Shown here: piece by piece, positions 17,453-27,190 of the stretch
How the letters are laid out: each line of letters starts with the position of its first letter
Numbering within the stretch: position 1 is the stretch's first letter
Made by a program: the position numbers and the translations under genes
Notes under the pieces: model-generated
The model's input: only the letters and a program-made list of their open reading frames with translations
The model's database searches: none
What the model was told of the DNA's origin: nothing
Origin: an uncultured bacterium
Lineage (GTDB): Bacteria; Patescibacteriota; Minisyncoccia; UBA6257; 2-01-FULL-56-20
Reading direction: 5' to 3'
Assembly (NCBI GenBank): GCA_963807165.1
Contig: CAWDZM010000001.1
Coordinates: 119,963 to 183,962 of the forward strand
Length of the DNA: 64,000 nucleotides

Positions 17453-17559
17453 TAAAAAAGTTATCCACAGAAATTTCAAAAACCGAAAAAACGTTTTGTT
17501 ATACTAAAGTTATTAGATCGGAGTGGTCGCAACCCGATAAATTAATAAATAATTATTCC

Positions 17560-17631
17560 AATGCCAGCAAAGAAAAAGAAAGTTGTGAAGAAAGCAGCAA
17601 AGAAGACCGCGAAGAAGAAGAGCCGCGTATA
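17560..17631 (+). CDS. very small Lys-rich basic peptide (23 aa) with its own terminator
   Basis: MPAKKKKVVKKAAKKTAKKKSRV; upstream TATACT -10; downstream hairpin acacctcggcaatcgccggggtgt followed by a T-run (17640-17675). Confidence 0.3.
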
Positions 17632-17698
17632 GTCTTCCAAAAACACCTCGGCAATCGCCGGGGTGTTTTTTATTTCCGCAATCATTTATAATCGTGGA

Positions 17699-20398
17699 AT
17701 GCTTGAAGGAATCAAAAAAATATTCCAAAAGCGCTCGCTCGTGGCGCTGGAGGAAAAAGTTAAGGAAATCAATGCGTCGGAACCCGCGCTTGCGGCGCTC
17801 TCGAACGAGGAATTGACCGCAAAAAGCCTGGCATTACGGGAGCGGGCAAAGGCAAACGCGCAGGCGGGTGGTCAGGAAAGGGCACTCGATGAGGTTGCCG
17901 TAGAAGCGTTCGCGCTTGTGCGCGAAGCGGCGAAGCGCACGCTCGGCCAGCGCCCCTTCGATGTGCAGTTGCTTGGCGGACTCGTGCTCCATCGCGGCGC
18001 TGTTGCCGAGATGATGACCGGAGAAGGCAAGACGCTCGCCGGCGTCGCGCCGGCATACTTGAACGCACTCGCGGGCAAGGGCGTGCACGTCGTCACCGTC
18101 AACGAATATCTTTCCCGGCGCGACGCCGTGTGGATGGGAAAGATCTATCGCTTACTCGGACTCACCGTCGGATCGATCATCCCGGGTGCGGCGTTCGTCT
18201 ACGATCCGGAATGGGAGATCCCGAAGGCCGACGAGGCCGCAGAAGAAAAGAAAGTGGAGACCACCGGAAGTTTTTTGGTGCAACAGGAATTTTTGCGGCC
18301 GGTTTCGCGGCGCGATGCGTACAAGGCGGACATCACCTACGGCACCAACCACGAATTCGGTTTTGACTATCTGCGCGACAACTTGGTCTATCGCATTGAG
18401 GATCGCGTCCAGCGCGGCCACAACTTTGCCATTATCGACGAGGTGGACAGCATATTAATAGACGAGGCCCGGACACCGCTCATCATCGCCGCGCCGGACG
18501 CCCAGTCGAGCGACTTTTATAAGGCATTTGCCCGGATCGCGACCAATCTGGAAAAAGACGCGGATTACGAGGTTGATGAGAAGAAGAAATCCATCACGAT
18601 CACCGACGCAGGCGTGGAAAAGGTAGAGAAGCTGATTGGCGTGCAAAATATCTACGCGCCAGAGAATATTCGCCTCGTCCACTATATGGAAGAGAGCGTT
18701 AAGGCAAAGGCTCTTTTTACCCGCGATAAGGATTACGTGGTAAAGAATGGGGAGGTATATATAGTAGACGAGTTCACCGGGCGCTTGCTTGTCGGCCGGC
18801 GCTATCAGGCGGGATTACATCAAGCGATCGAAGCAAAGGAGGGCGTGAACGTCCAACAGGAGTCGCGCACCTATGCGAAGGTTTCCATCCAAAACTATTT
18901 CCGCATGTACGCGAAAATTTCCGGTATGACGGGAACAGCGCAGACGTCGGCTGAGGAATTTTTTAAAGTATATAAATTGGAAGTGGAAAGCATTCCGCCG
19001 AACCGCGGGTTGGCGCGCAAAGATTTGAACGATCTTATTTATAAAAACTTTGGTGCAAAGCTGAATGCGATCGCGGCGGATGTTAAGGAGCGGCAGAAAA
19101 AAGGCCAGCCGGTGCTGCTTGGCACAACTTCTATTGCTAAGAATGAACTGATCAGCGCGGCGCTCTCGCAGGCGGGGATTCAGCACGAGGTATTGAACGC
19201 AAAGAACAACGAGCGCGAAGGCGCGATCATCGCACAGGCGGGGCATTCCGGCGCGGTGACGGTGGCGACGAACGTCGCCGGGCGTGGAGTGGATATTCTG
19301 CTTGGCGGCAACCCGCCGGACGCGGCGGAGGCAGAGAAGGTGCGCGGACTCGGCGGCCTCCACGTGATCGGCACCGATCGCCACGAGGCGCGGCGCATCG
19401 ACAACCAGCTACGCGGCCGCGCCGGACGCCAAGGCGATCCTGGCTCATCGCAATTCTTCCTTTCGCTCGATGACGATTTACTCCGCATCTTTGGCGGCGA
19501 CCGCATCAAAGGCATGATGGAGCGTTTTGATCTTCCGGAAAACGAGCCTATCGAGTTTGGTATGGTCACAAAGGCCGTCGAACAGGCGCAGGAAAAAGTG
19601 GAGGGCGCAAACTTCGATATGCGCAAACATCTTCTTGAATACGACGATGTGCTGAATCGTCAGCGTAGTGCTGTCTATAAACGCCGCGCGGAGTTTTTGG
19701 AATTGGCAGATAAGGAGCTGATCGCTGGCGTCATTGCCGATGCGGCGATCGCGCACTTTACCGCGGCGATCGCGCCGGGCTTTGCGCAATTCGGCGCCGA
19801 GCGCGAAGCGGCAGTTGCGGAAGCGAGCAAGGCGTTTAAGGAAGCGGGGATTGCCATGGATGTTGAGGCACTTCATACCGAAGATGATTTCATCCAAGCT
19901 ATCCGCGAAAAGAGCGCCGTCGTTGCCGAACACGCGCTTATCAAAAATCAGATCATTGGAATCCTCGACATGCTGTGGATGACGAACCTGGAGGATCTTG
20001 AAGCGGTGCAGGAAGCCGTCGGCCTCCGCGCATATGCTCAGCATGATCCGCTCGTCGAATACCGACACGAGGCAAGCGTCCTGTTCAAAAATTTCTGGGG
20101 AAATTTCAACGCATGGATATTCAATAACATGTTCAAGCTGGCGGCGCAGGTGCCGCAGGGCGGGGGAGCGACAGGCGCGAGTGCGTCAGGCAATGCCGGT
20201 GGCGCTGCTACGTTCGGTTTGAATATCCCTACCGCCACGCCTGCGAGCGAGATGGGCTCTGGGCCGAAGATCGGGCGCAACGACCCGTGCCCGTGCGGCA
20301 GCAAGAAAAAATGGAAGCATTGCGGGCTTTTGAATACCGAAGAACATCAGATGAATATGGCGCAGGGCGGGGCAAAACACGAGGTTTCTGGGGGATAA
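17699..20398 (+). CDS. secA: preprotein translocase ATPase SecA
   Basis: MLEGIKKIFQKRSLVALEEKV..., Walker A MTGEGKTL, DEAD-like motifs, C-terminal zinc finger CPCGSKKKWKHCG. Confidence 0.9.
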   Translation: MLEGIKKIFQKRSLVALEEKVKEINASEPALAALSNEELTAKSLALRERAKANAQAGGQERALDEVAVEAFALVREAAKRTLGQRPFDVQLLGGLVLHRGAVAEMMTGEGKTLAGVAPAYLNALAGKGVHVVTVNEYLSRRDAVWMGKIYRLLGLTVGSIIPGAAFVYDPEWEIPKADEAAEEKKVETTGSFLVQQEFLRPVSRRDAYKADITYGTNHEFGFDYLRDNLVYRIEDRVQRGHNFAIIDEVDSILIDEARTPLIIAAPDAQSSDFYKAFARIATNLEKDADYEVDEKKKSITITDAGVEKVEKLIGVQNIYAPENIRLVHYMEESVKAKALFTRDKDYVVKNGEVYIVDEFTGRLLVGRRYQAGLHQAIEAKEGVNVQQESRTYAKVSIQNYFRMYAKISGMTGTAQTSAEEFFKVYKLEVESIPPNRGLARKDLNDLIYKNFGAKLNAIAADVKERQKKGQPVLLGTTSIAKNELISAALSQAGIQHEVLNAKNNEREGAIIAQAGHSGAVTVATNVAGRGVDILLGGNPPDAAEAEKVRGLGGLHVIGTDRHEARRIDNQLRGRAGRQGDPGSSQFFLSLDDDLLRIFGGDRIKGMMERFDLPENEPIEFGMVTKAVEQAQEKVEGANFDMRKHLLEYDDVLNRQRSAVYKRRAEFLELADKELIAGVIADAAIAHFTAAIAPGFAQFGAEREAAVAEASKAFKEAGIAMDVEALHTEDDFIQAIREKSAVVAEHALIKNQIIGILDMLWMTNLEDLEAVQEAVGLRAYAQHDPLVEYRHEASVLFKNFWGNFNAWIFNNMFKLAAQVPQGGGATGASASGNAGGAATFGLNIPTATPASEMGSGPKIGRNDPCPCGSKKKWKHCGLLNTEEHQMNMAQGGAKHEVSGG

Positions 20399-20427
20399 AG
20401 CCGGCAAAACGCCATCTCGGTTGAGTA

Positions 20428-21438
20428 TTGACAGTATCTAAAAAAGATGCTAGAATTCAGTCCATGGAGAACAATAGCAATAAAGCCAAGTGGAAAATTG
20501 CGACCCTCCCACGCGTTCAGGCAGATGCCTTGATCTCGTGTTTTTTACTTACTTATTTTGGAGAGGGACAGTATCCCGGGATTAAAGAAGCGGAGTATTG
20601 TTTTTGGGTGGACATTCCGGAAGGAAAAACTTCAGACGAACTTGAGAAGGAAGGATACATTCTTCTTGACATGGGAGGAGGAAAGTTCGACCATCACGTT
20701 GCCGAAGGAAATCATCGCGAAAAATGCATGTCGCAATTGGTGGCGGAACATCTTGGTATCCATAAACAGCAATCGGTCAGAAAACTTTTGGAGTATGCCC
20801 GTCGCGACGATCTTTTGGGAAAGGGGACCATCTCCAACGATCCTATCGATCGCGCATTTGGTCTTTCCGGCCTCATCAATAATTTGAATCGCACGATGCC
20901 CGATGATCAGTTGTCAGTATTGAAGACGATCATGCCGTTGTTCGTCGCGCATTATATAGAAGAGCGAAAACGCTCCGAAGATTTCCCTCGGGAATTTCAG
21001 GAGAAGATAAACAATGGGAAGATGCATATGATTGTCCTTGAGACGGCGCGTGGCGCAATAAAGATGGCGATCATCGAGACGGACGAGATCGGTATGGCGG
21101 GATATCTTCGCGCCCAGCAAGGCGTTGATCTTGTGGTGCAGAAAATGTCGTCCGGGCACGTGAATATCATTACTCAGCAGAAAAAAGAGCTCGAGCTCTC
21201 CCAGATCGCGAAGTTTCTGCGCATGGCGGAAGCGGAGGAGAAGGGGATCGCGGATACACTCCAGGAAGCTGATCTGATAAACCCCGGAAGGATTGCGGGA
21301 GTGGAGGAATGGTATTTCGACATCCGGGCACGAACGATCCAGAACGGCGGCATTCGTCCTCAGTGGACGATCCCGACAAAGCTTTCATTGGCAATGATCG
21401 GCGAGATTATAAGACAAGCAGCAGCTATCAAAATTTAA
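20428..21438 (+). CDS. MYG1/UPF0160-like protein (divergent; metal-ligand His partly replaced)
   Basis: VQADALISCFLL and ILLDMGGGKFDHHV resemble the MYG1 motifs FHCDEALACALL and VVDVGG...YDHHQ (from memory, not searched). Confidence 0.4.
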   Translation: MTVSKKDARIQSMENNSNKAKWKIATLPRVQADALISCFLLTYFGEGQYPGIKEAEYCFWVDIPEGKTSDELEKEGYILLDMGGGKFDHHVAEGNHREKCMSQLVAEHLGIHKQQSVRKLLEYARRDDLLGKGTISNDPIDRAFGLSGLINNLNRTMPDDQLSVLKTIMPLFVAHYIEERKRSEDFPREFQEKINNGKMHMIVLETARGAIKMAIIETDEIGMAGYLRAQQGVDLVVQKMSSGHVNIITQQKKELELSQIAKFLRMAEAEEKGIADTLQEADLINPGRIAGVEEWYFDIRARTIQNGGIRPQWTIPTKLSLAMIGEIIRQAAAIKI

Positions 21439-21614
21439 CAAGCGGTCACGCGATTGTCCGGAACGAATGTTCTTGCCAATCGCGTGACCGCTTACTGGGC
21501 ACGATCGGAGCCGCTGTGGCACTGATAGGGCGTTCTGCAGAATAATGCACCGCCAAGCAGTTCATTTACAACCGCACTTTCGCCTCAAGCGAAAGGATCT
21601 CACTAGGAGGGATC

Positions 21615-22688
21615 ATGCCAGTTTCCAAGCCCGTTAGAGTTATCGTGTTCCCCGCGAACCCCCCAATCGACAAGTATGTTGCCGCTCGCCGGGTTCTCAA
21701 TGACAACACGCAGTATCAGGTGGTCGTCGAGTTCTGCAATGTCAACCAGCCGACGTCCGAGCATCTGGCAAAGTGGAGCGCAAGGTGTTCACCCGGCGTT
21801 GAGCCGTATCTCGTTGATATCGGCGACAAGAAGTATCACGGGTTAGGGTCTTCTGCCGCAGAGGTGGAGCTCGCCGCATCAGAGACGCGGGAAAGCCGAA
21901 TACTCCGGCATCTCGTTGACCTCGTCAACGAAAACAACAGAACCGGCAACCTCAAGAACCGCCTGCATCCGATCGCCAAGATTATGCGGGACGCCTACCA
22001 TGTCATGAACGGCAACGACTCTTCTCAGACTGTGGTCTTTGACCACGGGATGGATGTGGTTAACGCATACTTCATGGATCATGGACGTCGCTCTTGGGAC
22101 ACGCTTTCCAACCCCGAGTATGCTGAACTCAAAACACTGTGGGATGGGTTCAACGTTTCGGAAAATGAAGTGCTTGATTTCACCCTTCCGCTTTACTTCA
22201 AGCAGCTCTTTACGAGCGGCCGAAGCGCGGAGGAGATCGTCGAAAAGATCTCCTGGTGGATCAAGAAAGCCAAGATGGCTGCCGATCGCCGTGCTGCGAT
22301 CAGGGGCACGAAGTATGAGATCCGCAAGTTCAAGATTCAAGGTTACGCTGCGGGGCTCGTTCACATCACGGATTACTTCGAGGCGGAGGAAGCTCCTTAC
22401 AAGCTGTTCGGCGACAAGACTCTCGAGCTTTCGCTGCTGATCATCCGGGACGCGCAGGGGCACGTGCACATCAAGAGCTCCTACCGTTATCCGGGGATCA
22501 ACCTGGATAAGCTGTTCGAGGTGTTGGACAAGCTGGAGCCGGGGCTTTGGTACTTCGAGAAGCGGTTCAAAGCGGGGCCGATGATCATGAACGGCTCTCG
22601 CCAGTTTACCGGAGTTGCCTCCACTGAATTGTCTGACGGAGACATCTGCCAGTTAGCGCACGAGTTTGTAACGTTTGATAAGAAGTAG
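21615..22688 (+). CDS. divergent paralog of the upstream MYG1/UPF0160-like protein; probably non-catalytic; atypical codon usage
   Basis: Collinear similarity to 20428..21438: YLVDIGDKKYHGL vs ILLDMGGGKFDHH, LELSLLIIRDAQGHVHIKSS vs GVDLVVQKMSSGHVNIITQ, and GLWYFEKRF...STELS vs EEWYFDIRA...PTKLS; the gene is richer in GC-ending codons than its neighbours. Confidence 0.4.
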   Translation: MPVSKPVRVIVFPANPPIDKYVAARRVLNDNTQYQVVVEFCNVNQPTSEHLAKWSARCSPGVEPYLVDIGDKKYHGLGSSAAEVELAASETRESRILRHLVDLVNENNRTGNLKNRLHPIAKIMRDAYHVMNGNDSSQTVVFDHGMDVVNAYFMDHGRRSWDTLSNPEYAELKTLWDGFNVSENEVLDFTLPLYFKQLFTSGRSAEEIVEKISWWIKKAKMAADRRAAIRGTKYEIRKFKIQGYAAGLVHITDYFEAEEAPYKLFGDKTLELSLLIIRDAQGHVHIKSSYRYPGINLDKLFEVLDKLEPGLWYFEKRFKAGPMIMNGSRQFTGVASTELSDGDICQLAHEFVTFDKK

Positions 22689-22791
22689 TTCTTTGATCGT
22701 CGAAAGACGATATTCGGCCCAGGCCAGCGATTATTCGCTGCGTTCTGGGCCTTTCTTCTATTCATTATGACTTTTTGTTATACTCATCCCG

Positions 22792-23115
22792 ATGACCATA
22801 GACGAGTTTCAAAAGTCCGACCTGCGGGTCGGAAAAATAGTTTCCGCGGAACGCGTGGAGGGTTCGGAGAAGCTCTTGAAGCTTCAGGTCGACATCGCCG
22901 AGCCGGAACCGCGCCAGATCCTTTCGGGCATCGCCAAGGCGTATGCGCCGGAGGATATTGTGGGCAAGAGCGTGGTGATCATCGCCAACCTCGAGCCGCG
23001 CATGATGATGGGCGAGGAGTCGAATGGGATGCTGCTCGCGGCGCATGGTGTGGACGGGTCGCCCGTGCTTTTCTTTCCGGCAAGCGATGTTCCTCCGGGC
23101 GCAAAAATCTCATAG
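22792..23115 (+). CDS. csaA: tRNA-binding domain protein (CsaA / MetG C-terminal-like)
   Basis: FQKSDLRVGKIVSAERVEGSEKLLKLQVDIAEPEPRQILSGIAKAYAPEDIVGKSVVIIANLEPRMMMGEESNGMLLA. Confidence 0.7.
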   Translation: MTIDEFQKSDLRVGKIVSAERVEGSEKLLKLQVDIAEPEPRQILSGIAKAYAPEDIVGKSVVIIANLEPRMMMGEESNGMLLAAHGVDGSPVLFFPASDVPPGAKIS

Positions 23116-23139
23116 CGTAAAAATTTCTGAAAAACCAGT

Positions 23140-23670
23140 ATGAAAAAAGGTATTTTACTCGCAGTATACGTAGTGGTCGCGGCGGCGATCATCGGGGTGG
23201 GGGCGTGGTATGCGAATACATTGACCCAACCATCCGAACAGCCTTCGGCACAGCCGCAAGTGGCTGCAACACAAACGACGCAGGCAGTAACATCAACACA
23301 GCAGACACAAAATAATACTCAAACAACTATGGATGGATTAGTAATAAAGGATGACGTGGTAGGAACGGGCGCGGTCGCGCAGATGGGCGACACGGTGACG
23401 GTCAATTACACGGGCAAGTTAGACAATGGCACGGTCTTCGACAGTTCGCTCAACCCGGGCCGGACACCGTTCAGCTTTACAATTGGCGGCAACGTCATTC
23501 AGGGATGGAATGAAGGCGTCCCGGGCATGAAGATTGGCGGCACGCGCGAGCTTACCATCCCGCCAGCGCTCGGCTACGGCGCGCAAGGCGCAGGTTCCGT
23601 GATCCCTCCGAACGCAACGTTGCACTTTACCGTCACGCTGCTCTCGGTATCCACGTCTTCCGGGCAGTAA
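23140..23670 (+). CDS. FKBP-type peptidyl-prolyl cis-trans isomerase, membrane-anchored
   Basis: VTVNYTGKLDNGTVFDSS...PFSFTIGGNVIQGWNEGVPGMKIGGTRELTIPPALGYGAQGAGSVIPPNATLHFTVTLL. Confidence 0.8.
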   Translation: MKKGILLAVYVVVAAAIIGVGAWYANTLTQPSEQPSAQPQVAATQTTQAVTSTQQTQNNTQTTMDGLVIKDDVVGTGAVAQMGDTVTVNYTGKLDNGTVFDSSLNPGRTPFSFTIGGNVIQGWNEGVPGMKIGGTRELTIPPALGYGAQGAGSVIPPNATLHFTVTLLSVSTSSGQ

Positions 23671-23761
23671 GTAAAATAGCGAAAAAATATAAAAAGACTC
23701 ATTTTTAAAATGGGTCTTTTTAATATCATTAGTTTTCAGAAAGAAAAGGTAAATAATTTTG

Positions 23762-23880
23762 CCACATACTAGGAGCATGCCCTTTGAGGGTATCGCGGAG
23801 CCGCGAAGGCGGCGAGCGTAAGGGACCGCGCAGCAGCGCGGAACCCGTCCCTCAAGGGGTATGCTCCTGGTATGTGGGTG
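23762..23880. repeat. long hairpin (29-bp stem, ~57-nt GC-rich loop) between the FKBP and response-regulator genes
   Basis: ccacatactaggagcatgccctttgaggg ... ccctcaaggggtatgctcctggtatgtgg. Confidence 0.55.
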
Positions 23881-23908
23881 GTTTTCTTTATCTTTTCTTG
23901 ATAATTTA

Positions 23909-23931
23909 TTTAATATATTTTTAATGTCGGT
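23909..23931 (+). promoter_or_regulatory. second copy of the 23-nt motif TTTAATATATTTTTAATGTCGGT, 17 nt upstream of the response-regulator ATG
   Basis: Exact repeat of 15753..15775. Confidence 0.45.
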
Positions 23932-23947
23932 AGTGTATGGTGGAGGT

Positions 23948-24622
23948 ATGAAAATCTTATTAATCGAGGACGAGCGGGAGATAGCGCATTTTATTATTAA
24001 TGGGCTCAAGGCGGAGCACTTCACGGTCGATTGGGCGGAGGGCGGTGCGAAAGGGCTTATGTGGGCAAAGGTCAATCCATATGATCTTGCGATTATCGAC
24101 ATCAATCTCGGCAACAACGAAAACGGTATCGATATTTGCGGAGAGATTCGCGCGAAGGGCAGAATGTTTCCGATCATTATGCTTTCGGTGGTGAATGACG
24201 CGCACACCAAGATCGAGGCGCTGAACATCGGCGCGGATGATTATCTTACTAAGCCATTTTTTGTGGCGGAGCTCCTTGCCCGCGTCCGCGCGCTTTTGCG
24301 CCGTGAGAAGAAGCTGATCGGGCCAAAGCTCATCATCGCTGACCTTGTGATGGACACGCTCGCGCACACCGTTAGGCGCGCGGGAGTGGAGATCAAGCTG
24401 AACCGCAAGGAGTTCACCTTGCTGGAATATTTTATGCGCAACGCCGGTACTACGCTTACGCGTGGCATGATCCTTGAACACGTGTGGGATATTAACGCCG
24501 ACCCGTTTACCAACACGGTGGACGTGCACGTGCGCTTCCTCCGCGCAAAGATAGACGAAGGGCACGAACAAAAACTTATCAAAACGGTGCATGGATATGG
24601 TTACAGAATCGAAGGTGTATAA
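23948..24622 (+). CDS. OmpR-family response regulator
   Basis: Receiver domain MKILLIEDEREIA...LAIIDINLG...; C-terminal winged helix ...TVHGYGYRIE. Confidence 0.85.
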   Translation: MKILLIEDEREIAHFIINGLKAEHFTVDWAEGGAKGLMWAKVNPYDLAIIDINLGNNENGIDICGEIRAKGRMFPIIMLSVVNDAHTKIEALNIGADDYLTKPFFVAELLARVRALLRREKKLIGPKLIIADLVMDTLAHTVRRAGVEIKLNRKEFTLLEYFMRNAGTTLTRGMILEHVWDINADPFTNTVDVHVRFLRAKIDEGHEQKLIKTVHGYGYRIEGV

Positions 24623-24632
24623 TAGAGAAACC

Positions 24633-27086
24633 ATGACTAACCAAAAATCATCTCTTCCAACCACATTTGTCGTGCTCGGCGTTACGGGCGATCTTATGAC
24701 CAAAAAGATCGCGCCTGCGCTTTTTAATCTGCACGAAAAAGGCCTGTTGCCGCCGCACTTTCGCCTGGTGGGCGTCTCGCGCCGCGACTGGACGGACGAT
24801 GACCTGAAGCGTCACATTCAGGCAATTTTGGAGGTGCGGGTAAAGAACGCCTCGCCAGCGTCCGTCGCATCGTTTTTGAAGACCGTTGTCTATCACAAGA
24901 TCACGTTCGATGCGTTTGCGGATTACGTGGCGCTCGGCGATGCGCTCAAGAAAATCGACGACGAACACGGCGCGTGCTCGAACAAGCTCTTCTATCTTTC
25001 TGTGCCGCCACAGTTCTACGACATGATCTTTACGAACATCCACAAGGCGCGGCTGACGGAGCTATGCGATGCATCGACGGGCGGTTGGACGCGCGTGGTG
25101 GTGGAGAAGCCATTTGGCAGTGATGAGAAGAGCGCGAAGGCGCTCGACGAACGCATTGCGCGGCTATTCAAAGAAGAGCAGGTGTATCGCATTGATCATT
25201 ATTTGGCGAAGGAGACGTTGCAGAATATTTTGACATTCCGGTTCCTTAACAATCTTTTTGAAGATAATTGGGGACGCGATCTGATCGAAAAGATTTATGT
25301 GCGCGAACTGGAGAACGTGGGCGCGGAGGATCGCGGGCCTTTTTATGAAAGCGTCGGCGCTCTGCGTGACGTCGGCCAGAATCATCTGCTCGAGATGATC
25401 GCGCTTATTGCGATGGATCAACCACACGACATGAGCGCCGACGCGATCCGTGCCGCGCGCGCGGCGGTGCTCGAAACGATCAAGCCGATTACGCCATCCG
25501 AAATGTCTAAAAAAACATTCCGCGCGCAGTACGATGGCTATCGCGCTATTAAAGGTGTGGATCCCAAGTCCGGCGTGGAAACGTATTTCAAGCTTGCACT
25601 CCAGCTGACACATCCGCGCTGGCAGGGCGTGCCAATATTTATAGAGGCAGGCAAGCGCATCATCGACCCCAAGCGCAACGAGGAGGTGACGGAGATCGAG
25701 GTGGTGTTCAAGCACGAGACTCCGTGTCTCTGTGCGCTCTACGGCGCCGGTGCGCCGGGCGCGAACGTGCCGATGCACTTCAAGAACTCCATCACATTCC
25801 GGCAGGATCCGCATGAGAGCATTACGATCCGCTTCTGGGCAAAGAAGCCGGGGATCGGCATGGAAATGGAAGAGCGCGTATTCAACGTGGATCTCCGCCA
25901 GGGTGAGCGCAAGTCGCAGTACACGGAAGAGTACGAAAAGCTCTTGCTCGATTGCATCAACGGCGACCAAACACTTTTCGTCTCGAGCCGCGAGGTCGCC
26001 GCAATGTGGCACTTCGTTGATCCCATTGTAAGGGGATGGGCGAAGGGTCTTGTGCCGCTCCGGCGCTACGCGCCGGATAGCGAAGCCGTTGTTGTTGAAG
26101 CGGCGACGTTGCTTGAGCCGCCGGAGAGCGCTACGGAAAAAGGCGCGGGCGCACGTGACAGAATCCGCAAAGAGATCGGTATCTTTGGTCTCGGCAAGAT
26201 GGGCGCAAACGTCGCACGGCAGTTGCACGAAAAGGGCTGGCGCGTCGTCGCATCCAACCGTTCGCCCGGGCCGGTGGAGATGATCCAAAAAGAGGGTATT
26301 CAGGGCGTGTTCACGCATTCGGAACTTGTGGCAGAGTTGAAATCGCCACGCATTATCTGGCTGATGATCACCGCCGGAAAGGGGAACGATGATCTGCTTT
26401 TTGGTAAAGATGGCATCGTGCAACATTTAAAGAAGGGCGATATCGTTATTGATGCCGCGAATGCATTTTACGAGGACTCCGTGCGCCGCGCAAAGCTGCT
26501 CAAAAAGCGCGGCATCCATTTTATGGACGTCGGATTTTCCGGTGGGCCGTCGGGCGCGCGCAACGGCGGATCACTCATGATCGGCGGCGAGCGCGAAATA
26601 TTCCAGCGCTTGGAGCCGCTCTTCCGCGACCTCTCCGTGCCGGGCGGCTATTCGTACTTCGGTTCCGCCGGCGCCGGCCACTTCGTAAAGATGGTGCACA
26701 ACGGCATCGAGTACGGCATGATGCAATCGCTCGCGGAAGGTTTTGCCATTATGAAAAAATCGCCGTTCAAGCTGGATCTCGAACAGGTGGCGAACGTTTA
26801 CAACCAAGGTAGCGTCATCGAGTCGCGCCTCGTGGGATGGTTGGAAGATGCGTATAAGCTCTACGGCCAGGATCTCAAGACCGTTTCCGGTTCCGTCGCG
26901 TACACCGGAGAAGGCGAGTGGACGGTCAAGACTGGCAAAAAATTAAAAGTGCCCGTGCCCGTTATTGAGGACTCGTTCAAGTTCCGCGTCCGCTCAAAGA
27001 AGTCGCCGAGCTATATCGGGAAGGTGTTGTCCGCGCTGCGAAATCGGTTTGGGGGGCATGCGATAGATCAGGGGAAGGGAAAATAG
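24633..27086 (+). CDS. zwf-gnd: fusion protein: glucose-6-phosphate 1-dehydrogenase (Zwf) N-terminal half plus short-form 6-phosphogluconate dehydrogenase (Gnd/YqeC-like) C-terminal half
   Basis: N-terminal VLGVTGDLMTKKIAPALFNL...RIDHYLAKE (G6PD motifs); C-terminal IGIFGLGKMGANVARQL...GSAGAGHFVKMVHNGIEYGMMQ (6PGDH NAD-binding and signature); one continuous 831-aa ORF; alternative start at 24591. Confidence 0.75.
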   Translation: MTNQKSSLPTTFVVLGVTGDLMTKKIAPALFNLHEKGLLPPHFRLVGVSRRDWTDDDLKRHIQAILEVRVKNASPASVASFLKTVVYHKITFDAFADYVALGDALKKIDDEHGACSNKLFYLSVPPQFYDMIFTNIHKARLTELCDASTGGWTRVVVEKPFGSDEKSAKALDERIARLFKEEQVYRIDHYLAKETLQNILTFRFLNNLFEDNWGRDLIEKIYVRELENVGAEDRGPFYESVGALRDVGQNHLLEMIALIAMDQPHDMSADAIRAARAAVLETIKPITPSEMSKKTFRAQYDGYRAIKGVDPKSGVETYFKLALQLTHPRWQGVPIFIEAGKRIIDPKRNEEVTEIEVVFKHETPCLCALYGAGAPGANVPMHFKNSITFRQDPHESITIRFWAKKPGIGMEMEERVFNVDLRQGERKSQYTEEYEKLLLDCINGDQTLFVSSREVAAMWHFVDPIVRGWAKGLVPLRRYAPDSEAVVVEAATLLEPPESATEKGAGARDRIRKEIGIFGLGKMGANVARQLHEKGWRVVASNRSPGPVEMIQKEGIQGVFTHSELVAELKSPRIIWLMITAGKGNDDLLFGKDGIVQHLKKGDIVIDAANAFYEDSVRRAKLLKKRGIHFMDVGFSGGPSGARNGGSLMIGGEREIFQRLEPLFRDLSVPGGYSYFGSAGAGHFVKMVHNGIEYGMMQSLAEGFAIMKKSPFKLDLEQVANVYNQGSVIESRLVGWLEDAYKLYGQDLKTVSGSVAYTGEGEWTVKTGKKLKVPVPVIEDSFKFRVRSKKSPSYIGKVLSALRNRFGGHAIDQGKGK

Positions 27087-27190
27087 AAGAAAGAAAAGAA
27101 ATCACAGATGGTGGAGGCTGAATATGATAGAGATACTGTTCCCATGGATAACCCTGAAACTTTATGTTATAGTAATACGTATAAAGAGAC

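Noticed and set aside
17769-20407. Numerous 60-200-aa ORFs on both strands inside secA
   Set aside because: All are overlapped by the 911-aa SecA ORF with conserved motifs; typical GC-rich antisense ORFs
25164-26426. 420-aa minus-strand ORF
   Set aside because: It is antisense to the Zwf-Gnd fusion ORF, which carries the conserved motifs
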